A stretch of 64,000 bases of DNA from Oikopleura dioica (Eukaryota; Animalia; Chordata): contig OU015569.1 of assembly GCA_907165135.1 (NCBI GenBank), forward strand, positions 11,780,001-11,844,000. Reading direction: 5' to 3'. The notes under the pieces are model-generated. The model searched no databases, was not told the origin of the DNA, and saw nothing but the letters and a program-made list of their open reading frames with translations. Below, piece after piece: positions 27,411 to 38,800 of the stretch (positions are counted from its first letter, which is position 1; each line of letters begins with the position of its first letter). The translations under genes were made by a program, and so were the position numbers.

Positions 27411-28840
27411 GCCAGTAGCAAAGTGACACCCTTAGTTTTTGGAGAATTATGGCTGGTACTGTTCATTTTTTGAAGCAAAAATTTCTAAGAATAAATCAAA
27501 AATGATTACTCATTTTATTTGCTAAGAAAAAGAACGGTTGACTGCTCTTTCAGTGCGAGATATGGGCACTTAACCAGCATAGGCGCGTGCGGAATCCAAT
27601 CTCTATTATCTCAAGGGTGGCAAGGTCCTTATTAACTGCTAGAGTTGCACCAGCGCCAAAAAAATGGAAAATGTCGCGAAATCGAAGCTTATTGGGACTC
27701 AGTTAAGCCAACTTAAAATTCTTAACCAGCTTCTGCTAAGTACACTCTTCCTTTATTTTTAAGGGGGTAGACATCAATAACCGTTTTTTAAACTTTTCTT
27801 CTTTAGCAAGAGTTAAAATAGCGACACCCTTATTCTATCTTAAAAAATCAAAGTTTGATTCTTTATTGAGCTAGAATTTTGAAAAACTTAAGGGTGTCAA
27901 TGCTCTTCGGAAGATATATTGAGTTTTCAGTCTCCCAAGCTCACAGCTTCAGTGCATTTTCGACTGGTAAGTTGTGTGTGAATGGAAATGAGTTTATACT
28001 GGCGGAGTGATAGAGCGTGGCCTGTATCGGCTCTATAATTATTTGGCCGCAGCAGAAAAAACAAAAAATTATTTTTCATTCTGTCGGCGGATGAAAGGCG
28101 GCAACACCGCGCTGGGAAAAATCTTGCTCGCACCGCCAAGTCATTCCTAGTGCCCAGTTGAATAAATAATCCAAAATCACAATTGCGGCGCCATTACTTT
28201 CAACCCCCTTTTCCCACCCATGCATCCCTTCATCAGCTGATTCCAAGAGCTCTTCTTCATGCTACTACTAGAGCTTGACGTAACTTTTCATTTGCACTTT
28301 TTAGTTTTTTACGATTAGTTGATAAGTTTTACTGGAGCAACACAGGAAGTCGTTGGGAATCCATCGCGCCTTGCCCAATTCATTTTTTTCAGACGTCAAT
28401 TTTTTATCTTATTATTGATAATCTTTTACGCTGCATTTTACGACAAGTTATGTTCATTCAATTTATTATCAATTTATTTTCAGGAGGGGTGTCATCATAA
28501 CCACATTCGATCTTGCAGCTACAGCTTCATTTTATAAATAAAAAGGCAAGTTTCATTAAAAAGGAATGAGTAGACCTAGACCAAATTTCATAGGTTGAGT
28601 TTCATTTTTTCAAATAAAGATGAATGCAAAAGGACCAAGCCACTTATATCGACCATCTCATCCAACTGAGGACGCTGTTGTCCCTCCTCAGCGGGATATC
28701 TTTGTATCCAACTCATCAGATAACCAGATCGACCACCGATAACTAATCTAGTTCTTGGGGAACTCTTATTTAGTAATCAAAAAGAAATTTTTTGTAATTT
28801 TAGTAAGGTCTTTTTTTCATTATTTTTTGGATATATTTTC

Positions 28841-29144
28841 GAGTAGGCTTCACTTGGACAAGAGCTCCACTTGGACAACCTTTTGCCGAATATGAAAAAC
28901 GATTATTTATGAATAACGTAATCAATAATAACAAATTATGGCTAAATTTAAAGAAAATTAGACACAATCAGATGTTTTCTTTGATATAATCAAATACAGT
29001 TTTTTTCGCCGATAAATATATTTTATCGGATATTAATGTAAGAAAATTGGAAATTTAATGAAAACTGTTACTTTCTTTTTGAGAATAATTTATCAAATTC
29101 ATAAAAAGGGCCTTTTTAATATGTTGTCCAAGTGATGCCTACTC
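28841..29144. mobile_element. 304-bp Mutator-like MITE
   Basis: 21-bp TIR GAGTAGGCTTCACTTGGACAA and TTGTCCAAGTGATGCCTACTC (1 mismatch); perfect 9-bp TSD TATATTTTC at 28832-28840 and 29145-29153. Confidence 0.85.
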
Positions 29145-29195
29145 TATATTTTCAGCAACTCGAAAAAGAGAGCTCAAGTTGAACATTCATTTTTT

Positions 29196-30577
29196 CTAGT
29201 TTTCATTTGGTTCTTGCGAGTGTATCGTCCCCGGTGTAGTAGTGGCGGTGGCGATGGTTGATGTTCCCAAGTGATAGAAGATAATTTCTCAAATTGGCAC
29301 CCTGGATGCAGCTAGCTGCTCGTTATTTCATTGGGAAGAGTCGCCAAAGTAGCCCCCGCTCTTTTTGAGGCCGAGCGCCTGAGAAATCATTCCAAAATAC
29401 ATTCCCTCGCTGAGAAAGAAACACAGAAAGAAATGCACAAATCTGTCGATGTCATTGAAGCGCGCTATTTTTTAATCACATCAAATTTACAGCTTCCAGG
29501 GTCAGAAGAGGAGACACTTATCCAAGCCTCTAATTATAATTACGAACTCTTTCTGGTGAGTTTTTGAGGGCAAAACTGATTTTGAGAAAGTTGAGACTCT
29601 TCTTGGGAAAAATTCCAGCGCTATCTTCGTCACTAGTTCGGCAGCATTAAAAATTCCTTGAGAGTTGCTTCCGGGGCCCTCGCTTCCGATCCAAAACACA
29701 TAAATTGCTACCTACCTTGGCTGGATCAAACGAGTAGAGGTGAACCAACCACTGCTCATGCGGAAATATCTTAATTAGACAATTCGCCATCTTCAGAAAT
29801 GAACAGCGAATAACTCCGTCTTTCTTAATGAAAACCCCTGTATTTTGGCAGAACAGATTATCTCCCAAAATGAATGATTTTCCAAGATCGACGTTTTACC
29901 GAAAACCAGTTTTTACCGAACGCCTGCTTTTGCCGCGATTGGGTAAATTCTGGATTCTGGGAAATCATGTGTTTTTGAAAATAATTATTTGGAATCAGAG
30001 AAAAACGGAAATTTTTCTTTACGATTGTTTGATAATGAACCAATTCCTTGTCAAACGAGAAGGCCGGTGTCGATTTCTCTCTCTGACCATCGTGAAGGTA
30101 TGCTTCTCAAGAGTAATTATAGCTGCGCGCTATTTAGGAAACATGTTTTTTGTCACGCTCTGGTGTGAAATATTTTTCACACCGAAATAGAATTTTTTCG
30201 GAACGATAAACCATGATTAATTTCAGCTAATGTGCCGCACTCTCAACTCGCGAAAAAAAAGGATGAGAAAATACCCCCGCCACAGCTTAAAAAACGATTA
30301 TTATCGACTAGCTAGAGCCCAAGTTCTTGTTTCTTGCGACATTTTTAAATCATTTGCAACTCGAAAATAGGGAGTGGCCTTGTTCATCCTCTACCTTGAT
30401 GCATGTGTTGCCTTGTTTATCATCTTTTTTGGGATGAACAAGGCGACACATGCAGAAATTCAAATGGTGAACAAGGCCTCTCCCTGTTGTATTTGTTTTT
30501 AATCTGTAGAACCCCTTCTTATTGGTTGAAACAAGATGGTCTTTGATGACCAATAAGAAGTGGCTCTTCTGGCTCAA
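29196..30577 (-). CDS. Possible uncharacterised multi-exon gene
   Basis: Several short open, splice-flanked segments (e.g. IKKDGVIRCSFLKMANCLIKIFPHEQWLVHLYSFDPAK followed by GTAGGT) but no recognisable domain. Confidence 0.3.
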
Positions 30578-31092
30578 AAGTAATTCGCCTCTGTAGCGCT
30601 AGAATTTGGAAGATTGTGTATTCTTGGTGTTGTGGTTCTGTTGTGTTGCTGTGTAGAACACTCTTGGGATTTTATCGTTATCAGATGATAGTTGTTGATC
30701 TTTCGCAAATCCGAAAAGTGCTTATCTTGACGCAGTTTCGGATTTCTGGCAGGTGCGTTTCCTCCCTCTTTCTCTTTTTCGAAACGGCACGTGACGTCGA
30801 GGGCAAGATCCAGCCAAGCGTACAATTAACTGCAACAAAACGGGAGCACTTTAATTGCACCTGCGAAGTGATTCTTGAAAAGCCCCTTTTTGAGACTTTT
30901 CCTTGTTGATTTTAGGAACTTATGCCCTTTCTTTTTTGACCAATTACCGGGGGAATGATGATCTTGGCTGGATTCTGCGCTTCGTGGAAACAATCTGCCC
31001 CAAAAAAGCTCTCTGGTAGCCTTTTAAAGTTTGAATTTATTAGTGTATTTATTAATTTATTTAAAAAAGGAATGTTGTCTATATGCAGTTTG

Positions 31093-34000
31093 TCAATCGC
31101 TGGTAACGCGTAAACGAGGGTCGGCTTTTAATTTCTGGTCCAAAGCGGCGTACTTTTGCGGCGCGTTGATCTTGTGTCGGTCGAGGCGCATCTTCAGAAT
31201 CGAAATGCGGAACATCGCCTCCGAGCAGAACTGGCGATAAGCTTCTTCTTCCTGAACGAAAAAAAGTTAGAATCAGGGAAAGGGCGTTTTGGACGAACCT
31301 CTTTGTGCATCGAAGTTTGGCGATTTTGGTACTCGACCTGGCGCGCCTTGAGTTTCTGCGACTCCTTGTCGAAGTTTGCTTGGATTTGCTTTCCCTGTTC
31401 GATCACTCGTTGTTTACAGTCTAAGTTACTGTTAGAACAATCGACTATTTTTTTTCAATTTCTACCTTCGAGGCAATCTCTCGTGAGCTTGGCAACATCT
31501 TCCTTTGTAAAAGATTTCGGATGTCCAAGTTGAGCCAGGAAAGGAGCCAAATAGTCCATTTCCACTTCCTTTTTTCGCTTCTCTTCGAGATCTGCTTGAT
31601 GAGCGAGGTATTCTCGTCGGGTCTTTGCTTTTTCGTTTCTGATTTTTTTTTTGGTGAAATCAAGGAGGAGAGTTTTATTACCTGTTAATGTCGCGGACGG
31701 AAATTTTAAGCTCGGGCGCGTTATCTTCTTCGTGCAATTGTTCCAGTAGTTCTTTGATCGATTCTTCTATTAGTCTCACTGTTCAAGTTTCAACTGCAGT
31801 TACAGTATTTGCTACAGTGAATGATTTGTGAAGAGGAAATAAAAATCTATTTCAAACAAGAATTTGAGAATTTGAAACTCTTCCTTGTTTGATTGCAACT
31901 GTTTCGCTTTTGATCGCGGCAATGAGTTTTTGATAAACTGGCAATTGCCTGGCCTGAGCAGCTAGATCGACGTCGACGCCGTTGTGAGCCGTGAAAGTGG
32001 AGTTCATGTCGGCGGAGAAGGAAACATTCATGTTTTTGTCGTCCGCGTTGTCTGGTTTTTCGAAGATGCGCGTCGAGTTCGTCACGAAGCCGTCCTGGAA
32101 AGGGGTAAAATTCTAGCCCCTGAGAAAGGACTACCTTTTTGTGATATCGAAAAGCAATCTTGTCCTGTGCGAGAAGATACCTGACGCAGGCAATATCGTC
32201 GTCCGCGTTTTCAATTTCCGGGTGTCGCCTGAAATGATCAAAAGTCCCTTTTCCTAATGAAGTATGATTAAGTTACCCGCTCTTTTCGATAATTTCAATA
32301 ATCTTGCGTCGGACCTTTTCGCCGACAGCGACGAGTTTTGCTTTCCCAGGCTCTTCAAATTGGACAGACCGGAAGTGGAGTTTGTCTTCTCGCCCAGTGT
32401 AGTGCACTTTAATTTAGCAGCTTAATTTACCGGCCGTGTCAGAAGAAAGGGAAAATTCACAAGGTTAATCCGGGCTTTGCCAATCCGATTTACCAGAGAA
32501 AAAAGTGAAATTTATCAATCAATATTGAGTTCGATAGTAAAAGCATGCATAAAATAAGGGTTCCCCGTACCACTAACTTACATTCAAGCGATTGAGGCGT
32601 GGAGTTCAAGTAAACAAGCCCGTCTGGTCTCGAATCGGGCCAGAAGATCATCTCCTGGTCGCTTCCGGCTTGTACCTATCTGCGATTCCGACAGTCTGTC
32701 GCTTCAAAGAATCTTCTCTGCCCGAGCCGTAATGTTCCACGACCGTGTTTTCCACGTGATCAAAGAAGCGGCTTTCCAAGCAGTCTTCTCGCCTCTTGTA
32801 CTGGCATTCCTGGGTGAGTTTCTTTTCGTATTCTCGGTCTTCGAAAAACGTTTGTCTGAAAACCAAGCCATCTTTTTCGACGTAAGGCGAGAACATTTCC
32901 ACGATGCATCGTTTGTACTTGATGATTTTGATTCCGGTGGGTGCGCGTTTCTCCATTTGGAGCACTGAAATGTCCGGATGATCGCACCAGGAAAGAGGAA
33001 GGGCGTTCGGCAGGGAAAGATCGTCGAAGGGCTCTTCATCCGCGGCGTCGTCGAGTGGACTCCGCTCAGTCCCGTCATCGATTCTCTTCGTCCGCCCGAC
33101 GAGCGGTTCCCAAGTCTTCATGTCCGTCACGTCCCATTTGATTTTGTCGACACCTTCGCTCGAATCCTGAACGCACGCCCAGAAGTTGAAGTCGTTCCAG
33201 CAGGACTCCACGCCAAGGAACTTGTCGTCTGACACTTCAAATCCAAGGCCACTATAAAATATTTATAAAAAAATTATGCAGCATAAACTACCTGAATGGC
33301 TCAATAAAGAAAGGTTTCGCAACTTCCCGCCGGCCGGGGCGAACAATGACCCAGGAGTGAATGCGTCTTCCCCAAAGCTCATCTTCGCCGGGCTGTTCAT
33401 TCGCGTCGCGTTCTTTCTTCGCCCTGATCTTCTCTTCCTTCTTCCTTTTGATTCCGTCGGCGACCTCGCGCTCGGCCATCATTTGCTCGAACTTGGAAGT
33501 AAGATCGCGCGCCCCTTTCACCGTGTACTTCCGCTGAGGAGATGGCGTCTTTGGTTTCGGCGGCTCGGGCGACGGGGCTTCTGGCGGATCGTCGAAGCTC
33601 AAGTCGTTGGTGCAAATTTCGCGCGTGGCATAGCCGGACACGACGTATGCATCGTAGCCTGCGCCGAGGAGAAGCGAGCAAAGCGTGTTACTGTACTCGA
33701 AGCAGTTTGCTGCTTGATTCTCCAGAGTCGTGGATGGAGAGGACAGTTGAGTTGGGAGCACTGTCGGCTCTTTCAGCGGCCTAACTGTCAAGGCATCCCT
33801 TTTTCTTGTTAAAAAATGCATTGAAAACAAGGAAGACTCGAAAATGAACAGCGAGCTTGAAAAACTGGAAACACTTTTGAGAAAAAGTAGTCGTCTTCTC
33901 GGTTAATACTTTTTTAACAAATGCCTGATGTAGTTAGCAATGTCCTGCCAGTCGAAAAAGTTGACGTATCTGATCAAAGTGGGAATGACATACGTGCAGA

Positions 34001-34412
34001 TCACTTTTTCCGTGTTTGCTTCATTGACTGGCGCGAGGAGCAGGGGCATTCGATTGGGATACAAGAATGCATACTGCTGTCGGAAGTTTTCGGCGAGCTT
34101 GAGAGCGCGTTTTTCTTGGGGGTGTTTTGTTTGAAGGAGTCGGGAAGAGTAGCCAGGTATTCGGCCGATTGAGTGTTCACTTCTTCGACCAGTTCTTCCT
34201 CTTCGACTGGGGCAGCGTCTTCTTCTGTGATCTGAAGTCGATCTTACTATCATAAAAGTTCGTTCGAGGAAAATTTTTTCTCAAAAAATAAAATATTAAA
34301 TTGTTTTTCTTAATCTTTTTGATCAAAAATTTCCGGAAACGTTGAAAAATAGCTTGAAACTCACGTTATTGAGCTCCGGCTCCGACGGATTATTCTCAAT
34401 CTCTTCGCCCAT
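31093..34412 (-). CDS. DRC7: Dynein regulatory complex subunit 7 (CCDC135/lost boys); two 1-nt frame breaks in this sequence
   Basis: ANCFEYSNTLCSLLLGAGYDAYVVSGY, RIHSWVIVRPGRREV, FLGVESCWNDFNFW, DYLAPFLAQL, FCSEAMFRISILKMRLDRHK, KADPRL. Confidence 0.9.
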
Positions 34413-35132
34413 CTCTCGGAAGCACTTTGGTCAACTACTTCCCTTGTAACAAAAACAATCAACAAGGAAGGGATGAGCTAGAAAATGTTGCACCAAAAAG
34501 ACTCATCTCGAATATTTAACTCAACATTCGTACTCGTCACTATGGAAACATGCGTCTAGGGCCCCTTCTTTCCGCGTTTATCATAATTTCATAGTGTTTT
34601 TTAATTTTTAGCGGGTTAATTTTTCTTATCTACTTCATTTTTAGTGATTTTTAAGGCTTAAAATGGAGAAATCATAAATTTTTATAAAAAAAATAGCCCA
34701 AAAAGGTTAATTTTCGGAATCTCTTCCCATCTACCGCGCTGGCATCTCTTCCCAGCTGAGGAATTCAACGTCGTCGAGACATTTTTTCAACCCAGAAGAC
34801 AGAATAAGGAGACAAAAACAACAACAGCGGAATGATTTGATATAATTTCGACTGATAGTACTTATGATATTGAATTGATTGGGCTTCTCAGACGAAATCA
34901 ATTCGGAAAATTCCTGTTTTGGTAAAAAACCCGGGGATGATTTTTATCAACCATTTGTATTTTTGATGTCTTGGTCTCTGTCTCGGCTGAGTCCTCTTAA
35001 ACTGCCGCGCAGTGGGTCTGGCCGTAGAACGCGACTGGAATTAAAAAGTAAACTTTTTGCTCCCGACAAAACAAAACCCCGAAGAAAATAACTCCTTTCA
35101 ACCTTTCTGCCGTTGCTTTTGATCGAGAGAAG

Positions 35133-35534
35133 ATGTGGTTCGTTTACGACGCCCTCGCCAAAGGTACAAGCAAGTTACTTACTGTTAGTTTGATGTTCTC
35201 GTAGCTGAGCTTTTGGACGAGCGGCATCTTCCTCCTCGAGGATTCAAGACCCTCCATGACAAGAAAGCGATCACGGACACGGTGGCCAAGCCGGACTCGG
35301 AACCCTGACACGGTTTTTTCTCCAAGTTTTTTCTTGCTTCCACTTTTTCAAAAACCGATGAAAAGCGTAATTTGCCTGGAAGGCTTCACAACTGGCCAGC
35401 GCGTCCGCTCACTTCCCTGCGGACACGGCTTCCATACTCGCTGCATCGACGGTTGGCTCAAGACCAATCCCTCCTGTCCATCTTGCCGAAAAGATATTTC
35501 CAAGCCGGACAAGAAGGCTTCTCACCGACGATAA
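35133..35534 (+). CDS. Small RING-H2 E3 ligase-like protein; 5' end uncertain
   Basis: [C]VICLEGFTTGQRVRSLPCGHGFHTRCIDGWLKTNPSCPSCR is a RING-H2 signature. Confidence 0.8.
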
Positions 35535-35849
35535 ACTTCTCCGAAAAAATCGCAAAATTCGACAAAAAACAAAAAAAGAGTCCCTTCCGTAACGACACCC
35601 AAGATTGCTTCCTTCCTTTTCTGCTTCTTGTTATTCCCTTTTCTTGTGCCTAAAATTCTTGCTATAGTCTTGCTCGTCCAGAATAAATCATAATCTTCTC
35701 CCAACTGCAAATTTGAAATTTCAAACAATTCTTATTCTTCTTTCCTCGAAAATAATTCTTGGAAAGAAACAGAAAATGGTTTTGAATGAAATTTACATGA
35801 AATTTATTAGAACAGTTTTGATCTCAGAATTGTTGAAGCAGAATGAAGT

Positions 35850-38800
35850 TTATTGCAATTGGGGTTTAGCTTGATTTTTGATTTTTCTATAAACGTCAAG
35901 TAGTTGGGCAGTGAATAGCGCGTGCGTTGAGTCTAGTTTGTCCAGCAAGCCGCGTTGAAACCATTTTGGAATTGTCAGCTGAACAATTGTTGAGTTTTCA
36001 AAAGGATTGATTTGACGTACCTTAGCGTGCTTGAAGCCTAGCTGCTTGATAATCGAGTCTACGCCTGGGCACTCGAGCACCGTGTGTTTGTACATGAAGC
36101 GAGTCAGCGGGTCCAGCTTCCACGTCCTGCACATGTACGCTCGCGGATCCGTCGAATTTCCTAGTTCCTCGTCGTCCCCATCTCCCAGCTCTAATTCATT
36201 GTTTGTCAATAATTACAGAAAGGCAAAGAATACTACCTTCGTTGGAAAGAACGGACTTGTGTTCTCGAATGTACTCCCTCACGAAGTTTGTCAAAAAGAT
36301 GATCTCGTTTGTGCTCATCGTTACCTGAAATAAAAAGTTGAAATGATAGTCGCAAAAATATTAAATACCTTGAGCGGTTGATCATGAAATTCAGCCACAA
36401 AGACACAGCTGACTTTTGATTCTTCCGGGAAAGCAGGGAGCTTCAGTGGCTGAATCTGCTCCGTTTTGAGCGTCAATTCGGTTTGCGGCAAAGCAAAAAT
36501 GACATGAACGTTTTCACGACTCTTTTCTGGCTCGGCCTCGTTGATCCCAGGAACGGAGTAGTTGATCCAGTCGCGGACGTCGGCTTGTGCACCAGGGCGA
36601 CGGGCTTTGTTGCGAGAAACGTGCAACACGAAGGCGCCGAGCTTGTCGGTTTCGAAGTTGGGAACGCGTTCGATAGCACGGCCAAGGTTGAAAATGAACG
36701 TCTAAAAATGAAATTGAACATCAAGAATGAAAATGGCAATTATGAAATAAAGAAGCAAGCAATTGAAAATTACCTGGAAAATGAAAATATTAAGACGATC
36801 TTGGGCATCATCTTCTGGCGCGGAGTAAACATCGCTGGAGAAAGAAATATCTGGCAAATGAACGGAAAAGACGACCCAGTGATCGGCTGATCGGAAATCC
36901 CCGTCGAAGCAGACAATTGACAGTTCCTGACCGCGGAGGCGAGACTCGCCGCCGAGCTGATATGAAGCAACCGGGTGGCGATTAAAGATCGGAGGCCAGT
37001 GGCGCTGGTACTTGTCGTCGTTCGACTTTTCCACAGGGCCGCGGCGTTTTTCTTCGTAATTTGAGCTGTGAGCGAACATGCTCCGGAAGGCCTCGCTGCC
37101 CGTGTTGATCTGCTGCTTGACGAAGTCCTTGACTTTGCGCCCGCCTTGGACGAGATTCTTCGAAGTCGACTTGCAAAGAAGAAGATCGAACTCGCCCCAG
37201 CGCATGTCGATGTTCGCCTTCGCCCGCGGAGGACGCTCGTCCAACAAGCTCTCGTCGATGACGAGCAGTTGTGCATCGCTCAGCTTCGAAAGTAGAATTA
37301 CTGTCGAGTGGTATTCCAATCGCAGGCTCACTTCATCCAGCGAGACCTAAAGAGAATACGATTATTTTTCGAAGCTAGTCAAGGGGGCTATCAGTAAAAT
37401 CTGGCCTTCTTCCAACCCTAACCCAAATCCTTACCCCTAACCGAAATCATAAAGAGTTGACAAAGATTTACCTTCATTTCATGAGCTGAATCTTGAGTGC
37501 TTCGTTCTCGCCACAAGCAAGCACCATTAAATCCACTCATCGAAATCACTCCTCCTAGGAGTCCTGATCGCGACTCGATCTTCGTCTTTGCAAGAGAAAC
37601 CAAATTCTTGATGTCATTTTTTCTACTGCTTCTCATGTCAAAAGCACCATGATATGCGAGCTGCTCCGTCACCCAAACCGTCTTGCCGAGAACGTTTCCG
37701 ATGTTCATATCGACTCGTAGCTCTCGGAGAACTGTGGAAACCCTGACTGCAGTTTCCCAGTTTTCGTTGTTATGATTCGGCTGGACGGGAGCAGCTTCGT
37801 TTGTCGGCTTTGCGCGGCTACTTTCACCGAGGAAAAGGCGTCTCGCGATGGATCTGTTGTACCAGGCTTTTGGAAAGCCGAGGATTTCTGACAGACGTCT
37901 CATGTCGTAGTTGATATTTGCCTGGCCAATGTCGGAGATGACAGAAATTGTGAGGAGCTTTTCGGAGACGTGCTGTCTCAAAATGTTGATTGAAATGCCT
38001 TCGAAATTCAAGTGGAAACATCCTTTTGACGAGTTTTCGTAAGGATGGTTCACACGGAGAGCGAAATCAGACAGTTGAATCGCCAAATTCAATCCGGACT
38101 TCTTCGCGTCAGCCGACGGCGCTGACGAGAAGACCATGTTTGTCAGCGGTACTCGGAGCGTGCACTCGACCTTTGCTTTAGGTTGACAAGAGAACAGGAC
38201 GGTCGAGGGCTTCACTTTGGCGTGGACGACGACGTCGACGGGGAAAGACTGGACTGAACTTTGCTCGAAGTTGTGATCGGCGCCGCTTCGTAGATCGATT
38301 TGATCCGGGTCTTCCGGCTCCTTGCCAGTGTAGACTTCGTTCTCGTCCAGAATGTCTAAAGTTTGACTGAGATATTCGAGGAACAAGGGCGAAATGCTCA
38401 TCTCTTTGGGCATGGAGCCGATAACGACGTTTGAGTAAAGCTTCGCGCGGCGATGAGTTTCCCCGCTTCCATGCGACATGTAGTTCAAATCGACGTCCAA
38501 TGCAGGAAGAAGAAAAGTTGTAACGCTAGAGTCAGTCGAGTTCATCGCCGAATTTCGCTTTCGCTCGCTTTCGAGCGCAAAGTGATCGAGTTTCTTGGAG
38601 CTTCCACCTGGGACACCTCCCAAGACGTCGACTGGATAGCATTCCAGTTTTCCTGTTTTGATCGTGATCGTCGCATTCAAAATCAGCTCGATTTCTCCCT
38701 CGCCACTGTTGCTTGAATTGCCTCCTTGAGTTTTTCCTTGATTTTGACCATTTCCGCCATTTTCTGGCTCTGGTCGCCGCTTGAGTAGAATGTACTCTTT

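Noticed and set aside
34108-34122. G-AAA-AAC as a programmed -1 frameshift site in DRC7
   Set aside because: Weak slippery heptamer, and the other four frame breaks are not slippery; homopolymer assembly error is simpler.
35306-35308. In-frame TGA at the first RING cysteine as selenocysteine
   Set aside because: Keeping the whole TGA leaves no splice combination that restores x-x-C spacing; an intron starting within the codon explains it better.
37424-37445. Telomere-like CCCTAA/TTAGGG hexamers (also ~26232-26244 and ~51380)
   Set aside because: Only 2-3 imperfect units each; not distinguishable from chance.
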